This document shows positions 18,859-28,018 of a stretch of DNA of 64,000 bases, piece by piece; the first letter of the stretch is position 1, and each line of letters begins with the position of its first letter. Below the pieces are notes generated by a model, which was not told the origin of the DNA, searched no databases, and was given only the letters and a program-made list of their open reading frames with translations. Made by a program: the position numbers and the translations under genes. The DNA comes from Nitrososphaerota archaeon (GTDB lineage Archaea; Thermoproteota; Nitrososphaeria_A; Caldarchaeales; Calditenuaceae). The stretch lies in the NCBI GenBank assembly GCA_038845265.1, contig JAWBQR010000001.1, forward strand, positions 104,081 through 168,080, written 5' to 3'.

Positions 18859-19391
18859 TCTCTAGGTACAGGGAATACTGCATGGCCGTCGTTATTGTTG
18901 ACAATATAGTGAATGACCCATTTGAGGTCGTCGAGAAATTCATACCTACGGATGAATTCTCAGTCCAGTTTATTGATCCTCGGAGCATCTATACTTATCG
19001 ACAGTTAATCGTGGGATTTATGGGTGCAGTAGATGCCTATCGAGTAAATGGGCAGCGAGCAAAGAAATTTGAGGTCGAGTTTCTGCTGAGGTTCTCTGGA
19101 AAAACCCAGATCAATGAGGCGATCGAGGCAGTTGGTTATAGGAAGGGAGATAGGAGTGTCTGCGTCTGTGTATTCATGAAGGATGAGAGTAAGATTGGAG
19201 AGGTGGTTCAGAAGATTGCAGAGCATCTCGGCGGAACGATCTCCGAGGAGATAGAGAGGGGGACCCTTAAAAATGTCCTAGAGCTTTATGGCATCTCCAT
19301 TAATGAGTTAGAAGTTCTTGCGCCTTCCCGCGAGGTGAAGCCTGGCGAGTTGCTGATACTGGAGAGAATAGCTATGAGTGGCCTAGCATGA
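18852..19391 (+). CDS. cgi121: KEOPS complex subunit Cgi121
   Basis: AKKFEVEFLLRFSGKTQINEAIE and C-terminal LILERIA. Confidence 0.85.
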   Translation: MLVSRYREYCMAVVIVDNIVNDPFEVVEKFIPTDEFSVQFIDPRSIYTYRQLIVGFMGAVDAYRVNGQRAKKFEVEFLLRFSGKTQINEAIEAVGYRKGDRSVCVCVFMKDESKIGEVVQKIAEHLGGTISEEIERGTLKNVLELYGISINELEVLAPSREVKPGELLILERIAMSGLA

Positions 19392-19449
19392 CTCTACTGA
19401 TGATATCTTTAAATCGCTCTCTGGAATAGTTAGATGCTGATATTAAGAA

Positions 19450-19896
19450 ATGGCGCGGATGCATGCGAGAAAGAGGGGTAAGTCGAGGTCCAATAGGCCC
19501 TTAAGCAAAGATTCTCCAGAGTGGGTAAAGGTCACGCCGGAGGAGGCCGAGGCCCTCGTAGTCAGGCTGGCTAAGGAGGGGACGCCTCCAAGTAAGATTG
19601 GAGTAATTCTAAGAGATATTTATGGGATACCGCTCATAACCCAAGTAACTGGAAAATCAATTACCCAGATACTTCAGGAGAATAATCTTTTGCCAGAGAT
19701 ACCGGAGGACCTGGCTAACTTGATCGAGCGGGCTAGACGGATGCAGCTACATCTATCAACTCACAGGTCTGATAGATACAACAAGAAGCGGCTCCAGCTG
19801 GTCGAGGCTAAGATCCATAGGCTCGTCAAGTACTACACGAGGATCGGAAGAATACCTAAAGACTTTAAGGTAAAGACGCTTTATACATATGCCTAA
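19450..19896 (+). CDS. rps15: 30S ribosomal protein S15 (uS15/S13e)
   Basis: MARMHARKRGKS, IPEDL, KIHRLVKYY. Confidence 0.97.
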   Translation: MARMHARKRGKSRSNRPLSKDSPEWVKVTPEEAEALVVRLAKEGTPPSKIGVILRDIYGIPLITQVTGKSITQILQENNLLPEIPEDLANLIERARRMQLHLSTHRSDRYNKKRLQLVEAKIHRLVKYYTRIGRIPKDFKVKTLYTYA

Positions 19897-19919
19897 TCAA
19901 TTGTGAAGTGCTCTGATGT

Positions 19920-21140
19920 TCATCTATCCCACTCGACTGGCCATACGTTTTGGCTCCAGTATATAGCGGGTATCTCGGCTATCTTAGCGCCTCTGGCCAG
20001 GTATGGAATTACGATTAGGTTCCGGAATGATGGTGTGAGCATCCTGACCCTGTAAGGCCTATCTGTGCCGTCCGACCTGACATAGTAGACGTTCTCTCCG
20101 TGTGCCGCCTCAGCTCTCCCGATTGCCTCTCCTGCAGGGACCCTGATATTCACTGGGTGCTGCTTATTCTTCACTGGCCCTTCTGGAAGCGCCTCGACCG
20201 CCTGAGTGATTATTCTGATGCTCTGCCGCATCTCTTCGAATGCCACAACTGCTCTTGCATATGAATCTCCTTCACTTCTTATCGGGACCTCGAACTTGAA
20301 TTCCTTATAGGCGTCGTACGGCTCATCTATCCTGACGTCCCTCTTGATTCCACAGGCCCTAAGCGTCACTCCCACTGCGCCCAGTTTAACCGCTTCCTGA
20401 GCTGTGAGCTTCCCGACATTTACTGTCCTGTCCATAAAGAGTGCATTGTCCAGTATCAGGTCCCAGTAATGGTCAAGCCTCGCATCGAGGAACTCCATCA
20501 CTCTCAGGACATATTTCTGAAAGTCGTCAGTCAATTCGTCCTCGTTTGGTGACTTGCCGGTAGCGTCTCTGTACCAGGCCCTGAACTGCTTTACTAATCC
20601 GCTTGGCACCTTCTTTGGCACATCATTCCTCACTCCACCGGGAACAAAGTATGAATGAGTTATTCTCTGTCCGCCCATGAACTGGACTAGGTCAACTATG
20701 AATTCACGGTCGCCGAATGCCCACATAAATGTCGTCGTCAATCCGAGGAATACGCCATAAAGCGCGAAGTAGTAGAAGTGGCTTCCAATCCTGTTTAGCT
20801 CGGCGACTATAGGCCTGATATACTTAGCCCTCAGCGGCGGATCTACTCCCATCAATTTCTCAACGGCTAGGCAGTAGGGATAGAGAAGACCAGCCGCGTC
20901 GAGGATCGCCGGCCTCTCAAGGTGAGGTATATTTGTTATCCATGTCTTGTACTCGCAGAGTTTCTCCTCACCCCTGTGGACGAAGCCTATATCTGGCTCG
21001 AGTGAGAGAACCGTATCGCCTATGACTCTGACTATAAATCTGCAATGACCTGTTCCTGGATGCTGGGGCCCATATGAGAACGCCATCCCCTCGCCAGTAT
21101 CGTAAATGGATACCTCCTTGACCTCATCTGGACAATCCAT
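19920..21140 (-). CDS. nuoD: NADH:quinone oxidoreductase subunit D
   Basis: GPQHPG, HRGEEK, ELNRIGSH, C-terminal EWDR; no Ni-binding CxxC pairs. Confidence 0.92.
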   Translation of the reverse strand: MDCPDEVKEVSIYDTGEGMAFSYGPQHPGTGHCRFIVRVIGDTVLSLEPDIGFVHRGEEKLCEYKTWITNIPHLERPAILDAAGLLYPYCLAVEKLMGVDPPLRAKYIRPIVAELNRIGSHFYYFALYGVFLGLTTTFMWAFGDREFIVDLVQFMGGQRITHSYFVPGGVRNDVPKKVPSGLVKQFRAWYRDATGKSPNEDELTDDFQKYVLRVMEFLDARLDHYWDLILDNALFMDRTVNVGKLTAQEAVKLGAVGVTLRACGIKRDVRIDEPYDAYKEFKFEVPIRSEGDSYARAVVAFEEMRQSIRIITQAVEALPEGPVKNKQHPVNIRVPAGEAIGRAEAAHGENVYYVRSDGTDRPYRVRMLTPSFRNLIVIPYLARGAKIAEIPAIYWSQNVWPVEWDR

Positions 21141-21189
21141 GACTTACCGATAAAACTCATTGCCGCGCCTTTAATATAGTATTTTTCGT

Positions 21190-21384
21190 CTACTTACCCG
21201 TTCTCTGCATCCTAAATACCACTAATCCAAGCAACAGTAATATGATGAATATCAATAGTCCTAGGCGGAGAAATATTCCAAGGACTGCCCTTATACCAGT
21301 GAGTAATCCCCACGTAAAGATGCTGAATGCGCTTACAAAAGTAACCAGAATGATTATCAATATCATCAATGACCGGGGGCTCAT
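21190..21384 (-). CDS. Small two-TM membrane protein between nuoC and nuoD
   Basis: 64-aa hydrophobic ORF filling the nuoC-nuoD gap on the same strand. Confidence 0.6.
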   Translation of the reverse strand: MSPRSLMILIIILVTFVSAFSIFTWGLLTGIRAVLGIFLRLGLLIFIILLLLGLVVFRMQRTGK

Positions 21385-21395
21385 GATTGTGATTC

Positions 21396-21884
21396 CTACC
21401 TGCCCGGAGGCTTATAATCCTTCCTTAGAGGCGGGATATCTGACCACCATTCTGGCAAGAGCAATCTCCTAAGGTTAGGATGACCAGTGAAGATTATTCC
21501 AAACATCTCATATGTCTCACGCTCATGATACTCGCAGCTCGGCCAAATCGAGGTAAGCGAGGAGAGCTCGGGATTATCCCTAGGAATCTTGGTAGAGAGT
21601 GTTAGGACGATGGATCCTAATTCGGGAACAGTATATGAGCCCAGGTGATACATGACCTCGAAGGCGTTCTCAGGCGGCTTTAATGCTGATAGGTCAACGC
21701 CAGTCACACCCTTGACGTGGTCAAATCCCCTTTCCCTCAGAAGTTTCGCGGCTCTAATCAGTGCATCCTTCTCAACAGTTATCTTAATGATCTTTTTATC
21801 GAACTTCTCCTCCTTTATCGAGCCGCCTAAATTCTGCTTCACCGAGTTAATTATTTCTGTAATGATTAATTCGCTCAACTTCAA
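21396..21884 (-). CDS. nuoC: NADH:quinone oxidoreductase subunit C
   Basis: ERETYEMFGIIFTGHPNLRRLLLP, PLRKDY. Confidence 0.93.
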   Translation of the reverse strand: MKLSELIITEIINSVKQNLGGSIKEEKFDKKIIKITVEKDALIRAAKLLRERGFDHVKGVTGVDLSALKPPENAFEVMYHLGSYTVPELGSIVLTLSTKIPRDNPELSSLTSIWPSCEYHERETYEMFGIIFTGHPNLRRLLLPEWWSDIPPLRKDYKPPGR

Positions 21885-21931
21885 TTACTCATTACTGAGC
21901 TTAGATATAGAGATATTTTCGGTAAGGATTG

Positions 21932-22582
21932 TTAGAGAAATTCGCCAAGTATTTTGTCCCTTAGCAGTAGTAGTCCTTGGATTAGGGCCTCTGGCCTAGG
22001 TGGACAACCAGGTACGTATACATCCACCGGCACGATGTCGTCTACTCCCTGAATAACGTTGTAGGAGTCCTTAGCGTATAGCCCTCCAGATATTGCACAT
22101 GCACCCATAGCTACAACCCACTTCGGGTCAGGCATCTGGTCATAGATTATTCTTACACGCTGAGCCATCTTTGTCGTAACCGTGCCTTCAATTACTATTA
22201 CATCCGACTGCCTAAGCGAGCCGACAGCATTCAGGAATCCAAATCTTTCAGGATCATACCTTGGACTGACGCTACCCGCAAACTCCACTGAGCAGCATGC
22301 AGTCGTTAGATGAACAGGAAATAAGGAAGAAAGCCGGCCCCAATTCACTAAGTATCTTATAAGGGATCTTCTTCTAATCCACTGAATTATGAAGTTCGGA
22401 CCATTTCTTCCCTCAACCCTATTTACCCTTCCTAGCCCGTATAGCTTAATTGCTTCTCTTTTTTCCTCCTCAGGAATGACTGACTCTTCAAACAGATCAA
22501 CAATTTTTTCCGATTGTAAGGTGGAGATCCTAAAGTTGCCTGTTCTAATTCTGAAGCCAATGCCTTGAGGAGCTGAGGACAT
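21932..22582 (-). CDS. nuoB: NADH:quinone oxidoreductase subunit B
   Basis: TACCSVE, MGACAISGG, PGCPPRPE. Confidence 0.94.
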   Translation of the reverse strand: MSSAPQGIGFRIRTGNFRISTLQSEKIVDLFEESVIPEEEKREAIKLYGLGRVNRVEGRNGPNFIIQWIRRRSLIRYLVNWGRLSSLFPVHLTTACCSVEFAGSVSPRYDPERFGFLNAVGSLRQSDVIVIEGTVTTKMAQRVRIIYDQMPDPKWVVAMGACAISGGLYAKDSYNVIQGVDDIVPVDVYVPGCPPRPEALIQGLLLLRDKILGEFL

Positions 22583-22666
22583 CCCCAGAAAACATGTTCT
22601 ACCTTGTTAATTAACTGTTCCCAAGCAATCGAAAACTTAATCAAAGAATCTGAACAAGGTTTCATC

Positions 22667-23023
22667 ATGAGGGTCTGGAAGCTGAGGAATGATTGGGATG
22701 TGTTGAGGCCGGGCGTTTATAGACAGATGCTTTCGTTTGACGAGAACATAATGCTTATGATTGTTAAAATCCATCCAGGTGCATGTGTTCCGAAACATAG
22801 TCATAGCAATCTACAGACTGGAGTAGTGATCAAGGGCAAGCTATTATTCCGGACTGATCGCGGAGAGATGGAGATTTCAGAGGGCTGGTCCTACTATATT
22901 GAGCCCAATGAGAACCATGAAGTCTACAACACTACGGATAGGGAGGCCGTGGCGCTTGATATCTTTATGCCAAAGAGGGATGACTACACGCCCTACACAC
23001 GTCCGCCAGACGTTTCATTATAG
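22667..23023 (+). CDS. Cupin domain protein
   Basis: PKHSH...Q and PNENHEV cupin motifs. Confidence 0.85.
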   Translation: MRVWKLRNDWDVLRPGVYRQMLSFDENIMLMIVKIHPGACVPKHSHSNLQTGVVIKGKLLFRTDRGEMEISEGWSYYIEPNENHEVYNTTDREAVALDIFMPKRDDYTPYTRPPDVSL

Positions 23024-23024
23024 G

Positions 23025-23675
23025 TTAATCTTGTATTTTTATCCTACTAATGCTCGTCTCTCTCCTAAAGTATAGATATGCAGCAATGGACGTAACGAGA
23101 AAAACAATGATCGGTATCGATAATGCAATTAGGCCGCCGCCAAGAATGTATGGATAGGTCAGGGAGATAGACAATACTAGTGATGTCGGCAGGATGATGA
23201 TGAACAATGCAACCAAGAGAATCCTCCTAGATTGCCTATGCATTGATAATATCTTGGCGGACTTTATCCAGCTATCCTTTACCTCTATCTTTACTCCATG
23301 TTGATTACTTAATCGTCCTATATGACGATTGAGTTCTGACAATAAGATGGGGTCAGATGCGCCGAATCCGTCTCTCTTGACCACTCCTACGGGCTCATTC
23401 TCTCTTAATATGTGGATATCCGGCGGAGAGAAAACCACATTCATTCCAAAATTTTTTGCTATCCAATTGACCTTAAGTATCATTTTTGAGTCTAGCTCTA
23501 TGTTAAGTTCTGGGCCTGAATACCCAATGATTAATGGATTGAAAGAATAGATCTTATTGATGACTAATTCGTTGTCCCTGAATGTTGGCATCGTTAGCAT
23601 TATTGTTGATAATGGTTTACCATTATCTACCTCTCCTTTAATCCACTCTAATGCCTTTTCGAATGCCCCAGTCAA
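23025..23675 (-). CDS. Hypothetical protein with two C-terminal TM helices
   Basis: 216-aa ORF; no recognised family. Confidence 0.65.
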   Translation of the reverse strand: MTGAFEKALEWIKGEVDNGKPLSTIMLTMPTFRDNELVINKIYSFNPLIIGYSGPELNIELDSKMILKVNWIAKNFGMNVVFSPPDIHILRENEPVGVVKRDGFGASDPILLSELNRHIGRLSNQHGVKIEVKDSWIKSAKILSMHRQSRRILLVALFIIILPTSLVLSISLTYPYILGGGLIALSIPIIVFLVTSIAAYLYFRRETSISRIKIQD

Positions 23676-23712
23676 CTCGAGCAGAATAATTTTATCAGGC
23701 TAATTTTAGTCT

Positions 23713-24441
23713 TTACTTCTCTGCGCCCACCCTTATTGTAGTGTCTACTGTTCTGATTGCTGCGGGCGGTAGACTTACAGTTACTTTGACCTTGTCGCCA
23801 TCTTTTAGCCCATATTTTCCTCTTAGATAAATTGGGGATATTACCTCGATGACGTTTTCGCCATAGTGTGTCCTCTCTATGAATAGTATGGCGCAGATGT
23901 CCTTCTCATTGAATGTTCCGAGTATTCCCCTGACCTGGCCATATGTCCTTACACCATTCCTAAAGCCTTCAATCTCTACGTCTGCGTACCTCTTGACTAG
24001 CTCCCTATTCTCTATCGCGTCCTTTGAGAGGAGATTTATGTTCAGTGTTCCTGGATAAGGGTCAAAGCCAAACTTTTCTCTTATCTGTCTCCGGTAGTAG
24101 TCCTGTGATAAGTAGTATGCTCCTTCTCCGAGCCCTGTGAATATTCTACCATCAAGTGTTACTTCCATGGGTCTTTCAATAATTGATTTAAGCTCCATGT
24201 ATAGATTTTTGAGCTCGTTTATTCCTTTCTCGGTAAGCTTGATGTAGCTTAGACGCCCCACTATTCTTCTCTCTATTAATCCCTCATTCTCCATTTTTAT
24301 GAGGATTCTAGAGGCGGACTGTTGCGAAGTTCCCAGCATCTGGGCGAGTGTGGGAGTCGTGAATTTAACACTTTTTACATATGCTTCGTTTTCAGCTAAT
24401 AATAACAATGTTTTTAGATGCATCTTATTTAAATTCATCAA
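23713..24441 (-). CDS. ribK: CTP-dependent riboflavin kinase with N-terminal wHTH (RbkR type)
   Basis: GTSQQSASR HTH, GLGEGAYY, PYPGTLN, IEVISPIYLR. Confidence 0.92.
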   Translation of the reverse strand: MMNLNKMHLKTLLLLAENEAYVKSVKFTTPTLAQMLGTSQQSASRILIKMENEGLIERRIVGRLSYIKLTEKGINELKNLYMELKSIIERPMEVTLDGRIFTGLGEGAYYLSQDYYRRQIREKFGFDPYPGTLNINLLSKDAIENRELVKRYADVEIEGFRNGVRTYGQVRGILGTFNEKDICAILFIERTHYGENVIEVISPIYLRGKYGLKDGDKVKVTVSLPPAAIRTVDTTIRVGAEK

Positions 24442-24517
24442 ATATTACAGTGTTATACTCCTATTTTACCTTAACCTACCCAAAAATGAGGCATAAGACA
24501 AACGGATGAGTAAATTA

Positions 24518-25138
24518 TCAGCTTATGGTTATTGAGTCGTCCTTCACGACTCCCTTTGGCCCAATTAGTAAGATATCTATTCCGTTCCCGCTGCCAGCGT
24601 CCCTAGCAATGGCGGCCTTCATAGACCTCACAGCGAGATCGTATATTTCTGGTCCTGATAGGTCAGGCCGATAACTACTCTCTAATACGCCCACCGCTAT
24701 CTCTGCTCCCGACCCAACAACGGCGAAGTCATCCTCGATGAGTGACCCGAGAGGGTCTAAGACGAAGACATGAGCCCCAGTAGAGTCAAATCCTCCAACT
24801 ATAGTCTCAGTAATGTATGGAAAGTATCTGCTTCCAAATAAGTAATTCGAGAGGATCTTTGCGACTGAGTTTACCGAGGCTGTTCGCTGATTCTCTATCT
24901 GGTATAGATTTACGGCCGCCGTTATTTCTTTGAGGAGGTTCTGCATGTCCGAGACAAGCCCCGCGCAGGCAGCACCGATCGTCGGGGTTATCTTGAAGAC
25001 CTTTCTCACGTTCTTGGAGACTACGAAGTAGCCATAGGAAAGCCTCTTCTCCGAGGCCAGTACCACGCTGTCTTTTCCCCTGATTCCAAGCGTGGTCGCG
25101 CCTGGGAATGGAAACTGAGTACTCATCTCGAGTCCCAA
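24518..25138 (-). CDS. psmB: Proteasome beta subunit
   Basis: Propeptide then ATTLGI, GSG, RDAGSG. Confidence 0.95.
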   Translation of the reverse strand: MGLEMSTQFPFPGATTLGIRGKDSVVLASEKRLSYGYFVVSKNVRKVFKITPTIGAACAGLVSDMQNLLKEITAAVNLYQIENQRTASVNSVAKILSNYLFGSRYFPYITETIVGGFDSTGAHVFVLDPLGSLIEDDFAVVGSGAEIAVGVLESSYRPDLSGPEIYDLAVRSMKAAIARDAGSGNGIDILLIGPKGVVKDDSITIS

Positions 25139-25222
25139 TAAAAAATGTGCATGGCATGTTTTAAGTGTTCTTCTGAGACAACACCGATGATTAAAGATTA
25201 ATAAGTCGAGTACTATATACCA

Positions 25223-25723
25223 ATGATAAGAATGGAGACTCAGACACGCGATGTCAGGATAATCGTCAGGATGCTAGGCACTGATCTTGACGGCACTAAG
25301 CAAGTTCCATATGCACTTGCGAAGATCTTCGGCGTCGGAGTCAATTTTGGCTATGCCGTAGCTCGTGCAGTAGGAATAGACCCTTCCCTCAAGCTCGGGC
25401 AGCTAACCGAGCATCAGATATCACTTCTGGAGGACGGGATAAGAAATCCATCAAAGTATAGAATACCTGCATGGCTGTACAACGATAGAAAAGATCCAGT
25501 AACGGGACGCGATATACACCTAGTGGGCCCAGACCTAGAGCTCAATATAAAGGAGAATATTCAGCGAGAGATGAGAATAAAGTCTTGGAGAGGAGTCCGA
25601 CACTCTCTCGGACTAAAGGTTAGAGGGCAGAGAACTAGAACTACGGGCAGGAAAGGAGGACCAGTCGGAGTCGCGAGGAGAGCGGTTGCAGAGGCAGGCG
25701 GCTCAGGCGAGTCTAAGAAGTAG
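25223..25723 (+). CDS. rps13: 30S ribosomal protein S13
   Basis: RGVRHSLGLKVRGQRTRTTGR. Confidence 0.97.
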   Translation: MIRMETQTRDVRIIVRMLGTDLDGTKQVPYALAKIFGVGVNFGYAVARAVGIDPSLKLGQLTEHQISLLEDGIRNPSKYRIPAWLYNDRKDPVTGRDIHLVGPDLELNIKENIQREMRIKSWRGVRHSLGLKVRGQRTRTTGRKGGPVGVARRAVAEAGGSGESKK

Positions 25724-25724
25724 A

Positions 25725-26852
25725 TTATTGCTTTTCCCAGATACTCCTAGCCAGGCTTGCTCCTTCTACTAGGCTAAGCTCTTTCTTGTACGCGACCTCC
25801 CATCTTCTAGTTCTTAGGCCACAGTCATTACAGGCAATCACTAGGGACGGGTCTCCCAGTAACTTTGCTGAGTAGAGCAGCCTATCGCTGACGAGGTCCG
25901 GACTCTCGATGAAGTCTGTATGAACATCGATTACGCCCGGAGCAACCTTGAATTTTACACCGTACTCCCTGAAAATTTTCAGAATCAAGTATCCCCTCCT
26001 CTTCTCATCGTCCTGTCCCTTGTATGGTGTATCACGGTTCGCACATTCTATCGAGAGCTCGTCGATCTTCATCTCTAACACGTGTGGGAAGAGTCTCCTA
26101 TAATCGCTATAACAGATGTGGAGGGTGAATATTGCATCTATGCCTGTGACAACCTTGTTGAAGGCCTCGACGAATAGTTGCATCTCTTCAGGATTCGTCG
26201 TCGCAGCGGGTTCATCTATCTGTATACGTTTAGCCCCGGCGTCGCTCAGCTTCTTTATGACTGGACGCAGAACCTTCTCGGCCATGTCGAGGACCAAGTC
26301 TCTCCGAGCAAGCCTCTTCCTCTCCATGATGTTCTTCACATTCTTATGCATTGCGTAGTGATGCTCAGGGAAGCTCCAGTCGGCAAGTGTATATGGACCT
26401 GTAACAGGTATCTTCAGCTCCCTGGAAGCGAACCTTTTTGCGAATAAAAATTCATTGAGGTATATTGGGTTGAGTAGTCTTGGCTCAGAGACTATTGCGG
26501 CCTTGTTGTAAGTCTCAACGTCCCATACCTTGACCTTTCCATAAAAGACAGCTCCCTCAATGTTCCTCAGTGGATACTCATACATCTCTACTCTTCTCTG
26601 CTCACCGTCCCAGACGACGTCGAGGCCTGCGCTCTCGAAGAATCTCAACCCATAGATTGAGGCCCATTCATATAGCTCATCCCTAACATACTTGCCAGTC
26701 TTGAGAATCTCAACCAGTTTCTCATACTCAGGGACGCAGAGCAGTCTACCCCAATACTCTGTCTCGCTTATCTCCCTCTCAGAGATTGTCTTCTTGAGGA
26801 ATGGCGCGCGTAGGAGACTTCCAACCTCCTGTGTTGGGAAAAGCTTCTTCAT
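25725..26852 (-). CDS. metE: Cobalamin-independent methionine synthase, catalytic (Zn-binding) half
   Basis: TQEVGS, DGEQRR, TGPYTL, QIDEP, HIC and DCG Zn ligands. Confidence 0.88.
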   Translation of the reverse strand: MKKLFPTQEVGSLLRAPFLKKTISEREISETEYWGRLLCVPEYEKLVEILKTGKYVRDELYEWASIYGLRFFESAGLDVVWDGEQRRVEMYEYPLRNIEGAVFYGKVKVWDVETYNKAAIVSEPRLLNPIYLNEFLFAKRFASRELKIPVTGPYTLADWSFPEHHYAMHKNVKNIMERKRLARRDLVLDMAEKVLRPVIKKLSDAGAKRIQIDEPAATTNPEEMQLFVEAFNKVVTGIDAIFTLHICYSDYRRLFPHVLEMKIDELSIECANRDTPYKGQDDEKRRGYLILKIFREYGVKFKVAPGVIDVHTDFIESPDLVSDRLLYSAKLLGDPSLVIACNDCGLRTRRWEVAYKKELSLVEGASLARSIWEKQ

Positions 26853-26853
26853 A

Positions 26854-27932
26854 CTACGTACTCACCAATTTTCTATAAGCAATTCCGAGATTCATCACTT
26901 TCTTATCAGCTATTTGTCTCGGTAGGAAGTCTAGGTCGGCCGAGGGGCCGATATGTATGGCGGGAGGCTCTAGCGCCTCCAGCAACGCCTCGGCCGTGCT
27001 TACCAGTTCCTCGATAGGCTCTACATAGCTGTTTCGTGAATCAACTATTCCCACAAATATCGGTCTATCAAAGTCATGCTCAGCCAATCTCTCAATATCT
27101 GTTGCTGTAAGGTCCATGCCGAGAATTCGATAGGCTCTACATAGCTGTTTCGTGAATCAACTATTCCGGCAAATATCGGTCTATCAAAGTCATGCTCAGC
27201 CAATCTCTCAATATCTGTCGCTGTAAGGTCCATGCCGAGAATGTCTGCGCCAGAATCGAGTATCCATGGAGCAGCATTGGAGAAATCATTGAAAAAAGTG
27301 TGGAGCAATATTTCCCCATCGAAGGATTTCTTGATTAGTTCGATGCCTTGCCTCACAATCTCAACTGAGTCTTCATCCATTTTTCTCTGGGCGAGAATTG
27401 GCGCGCTTAGCTGAGCTATGGATAGTTGACTATTACTCCGAATTATAGATAATTCTCTTGCTATAATCTCAGCAATATCCAAGACCAGTTCTTTGAAACT
27501 AACATAGTACCTGTTGTCGCACATGGAGGCAAAAGTAAATGGTTCTGGAAGTATTATTTTCCATTGTTCATTCCTCACCACATCTAAAAACAAGTAATTA
27601 ATGAGGACAGGGTTCTCCCAGACTAATTCGTTGACAATGATGGGTTTTTTATAAAACATGTTATTATCAAACCACCTAGTCAATGGTCCTGGCTCCATTC
27701 CCTGTATCGTCTCGGAGAATGGCCGGAAATGATCGTGCCAGAGAAGTTGACCCTCGATGAGTAGGGTCATACCTGCCTTCTTCTGAATCTCGGCGATCTC
27801 CCTACATTCCTTCTGAGCTGCCGATAATAGTTCCTGCTTAGTTATCTCCCCCCTGCTATGCTTCCTCATCGTCGTGAATAATTGGTCTGACCTAGGATAG
27901 AGCCCAGCCAAGTGGCACCCTGCAAACTTCAT
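26854..27932 (-). pseudogene. MetE N-terminal-like partner subunit, frameshifted by a 116-bp tandem duplication (or assembly artefact)
   Basis: GLYPRS, EGQLLWHD, TRWFDNNMFYKKP, GIVDSRN, LDFLP. Removing one repeat copy joins ORFs 27045..27995 and 26854..27117 in frame. Confidence 0.8.
27011..27242. repeat. 116-bp tandem duplication (27011-27126 and 27127-27242), 3 mismatches
   Basis: Direct comparison: CCCAC vs CCGGC and GTTGC vs GTCGC are the only differences seen. Confidence 0.95.
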
Positions 27933-28018
27933 ACCCACACTATGCCGCGGAACGCCTCGATAAATACTAAACCTAAGATAAACACTCAAATACACCAGCT
28001 CAAATGATTAATTCGTAA

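Noticed and set aside
19397-19440. CTGATGA...CTGA resembling a second C/D sRNA
   Set aside because: Short, no convincing D'/C' pair, and it contains the TTTAAA promoter element likely serving rps15.
19920-21140. Possible group 4 NiFe hydrogenase large subunit
   Set aside because: Lacks both Ni-binding CxxC motifs and has NuoD signatures.
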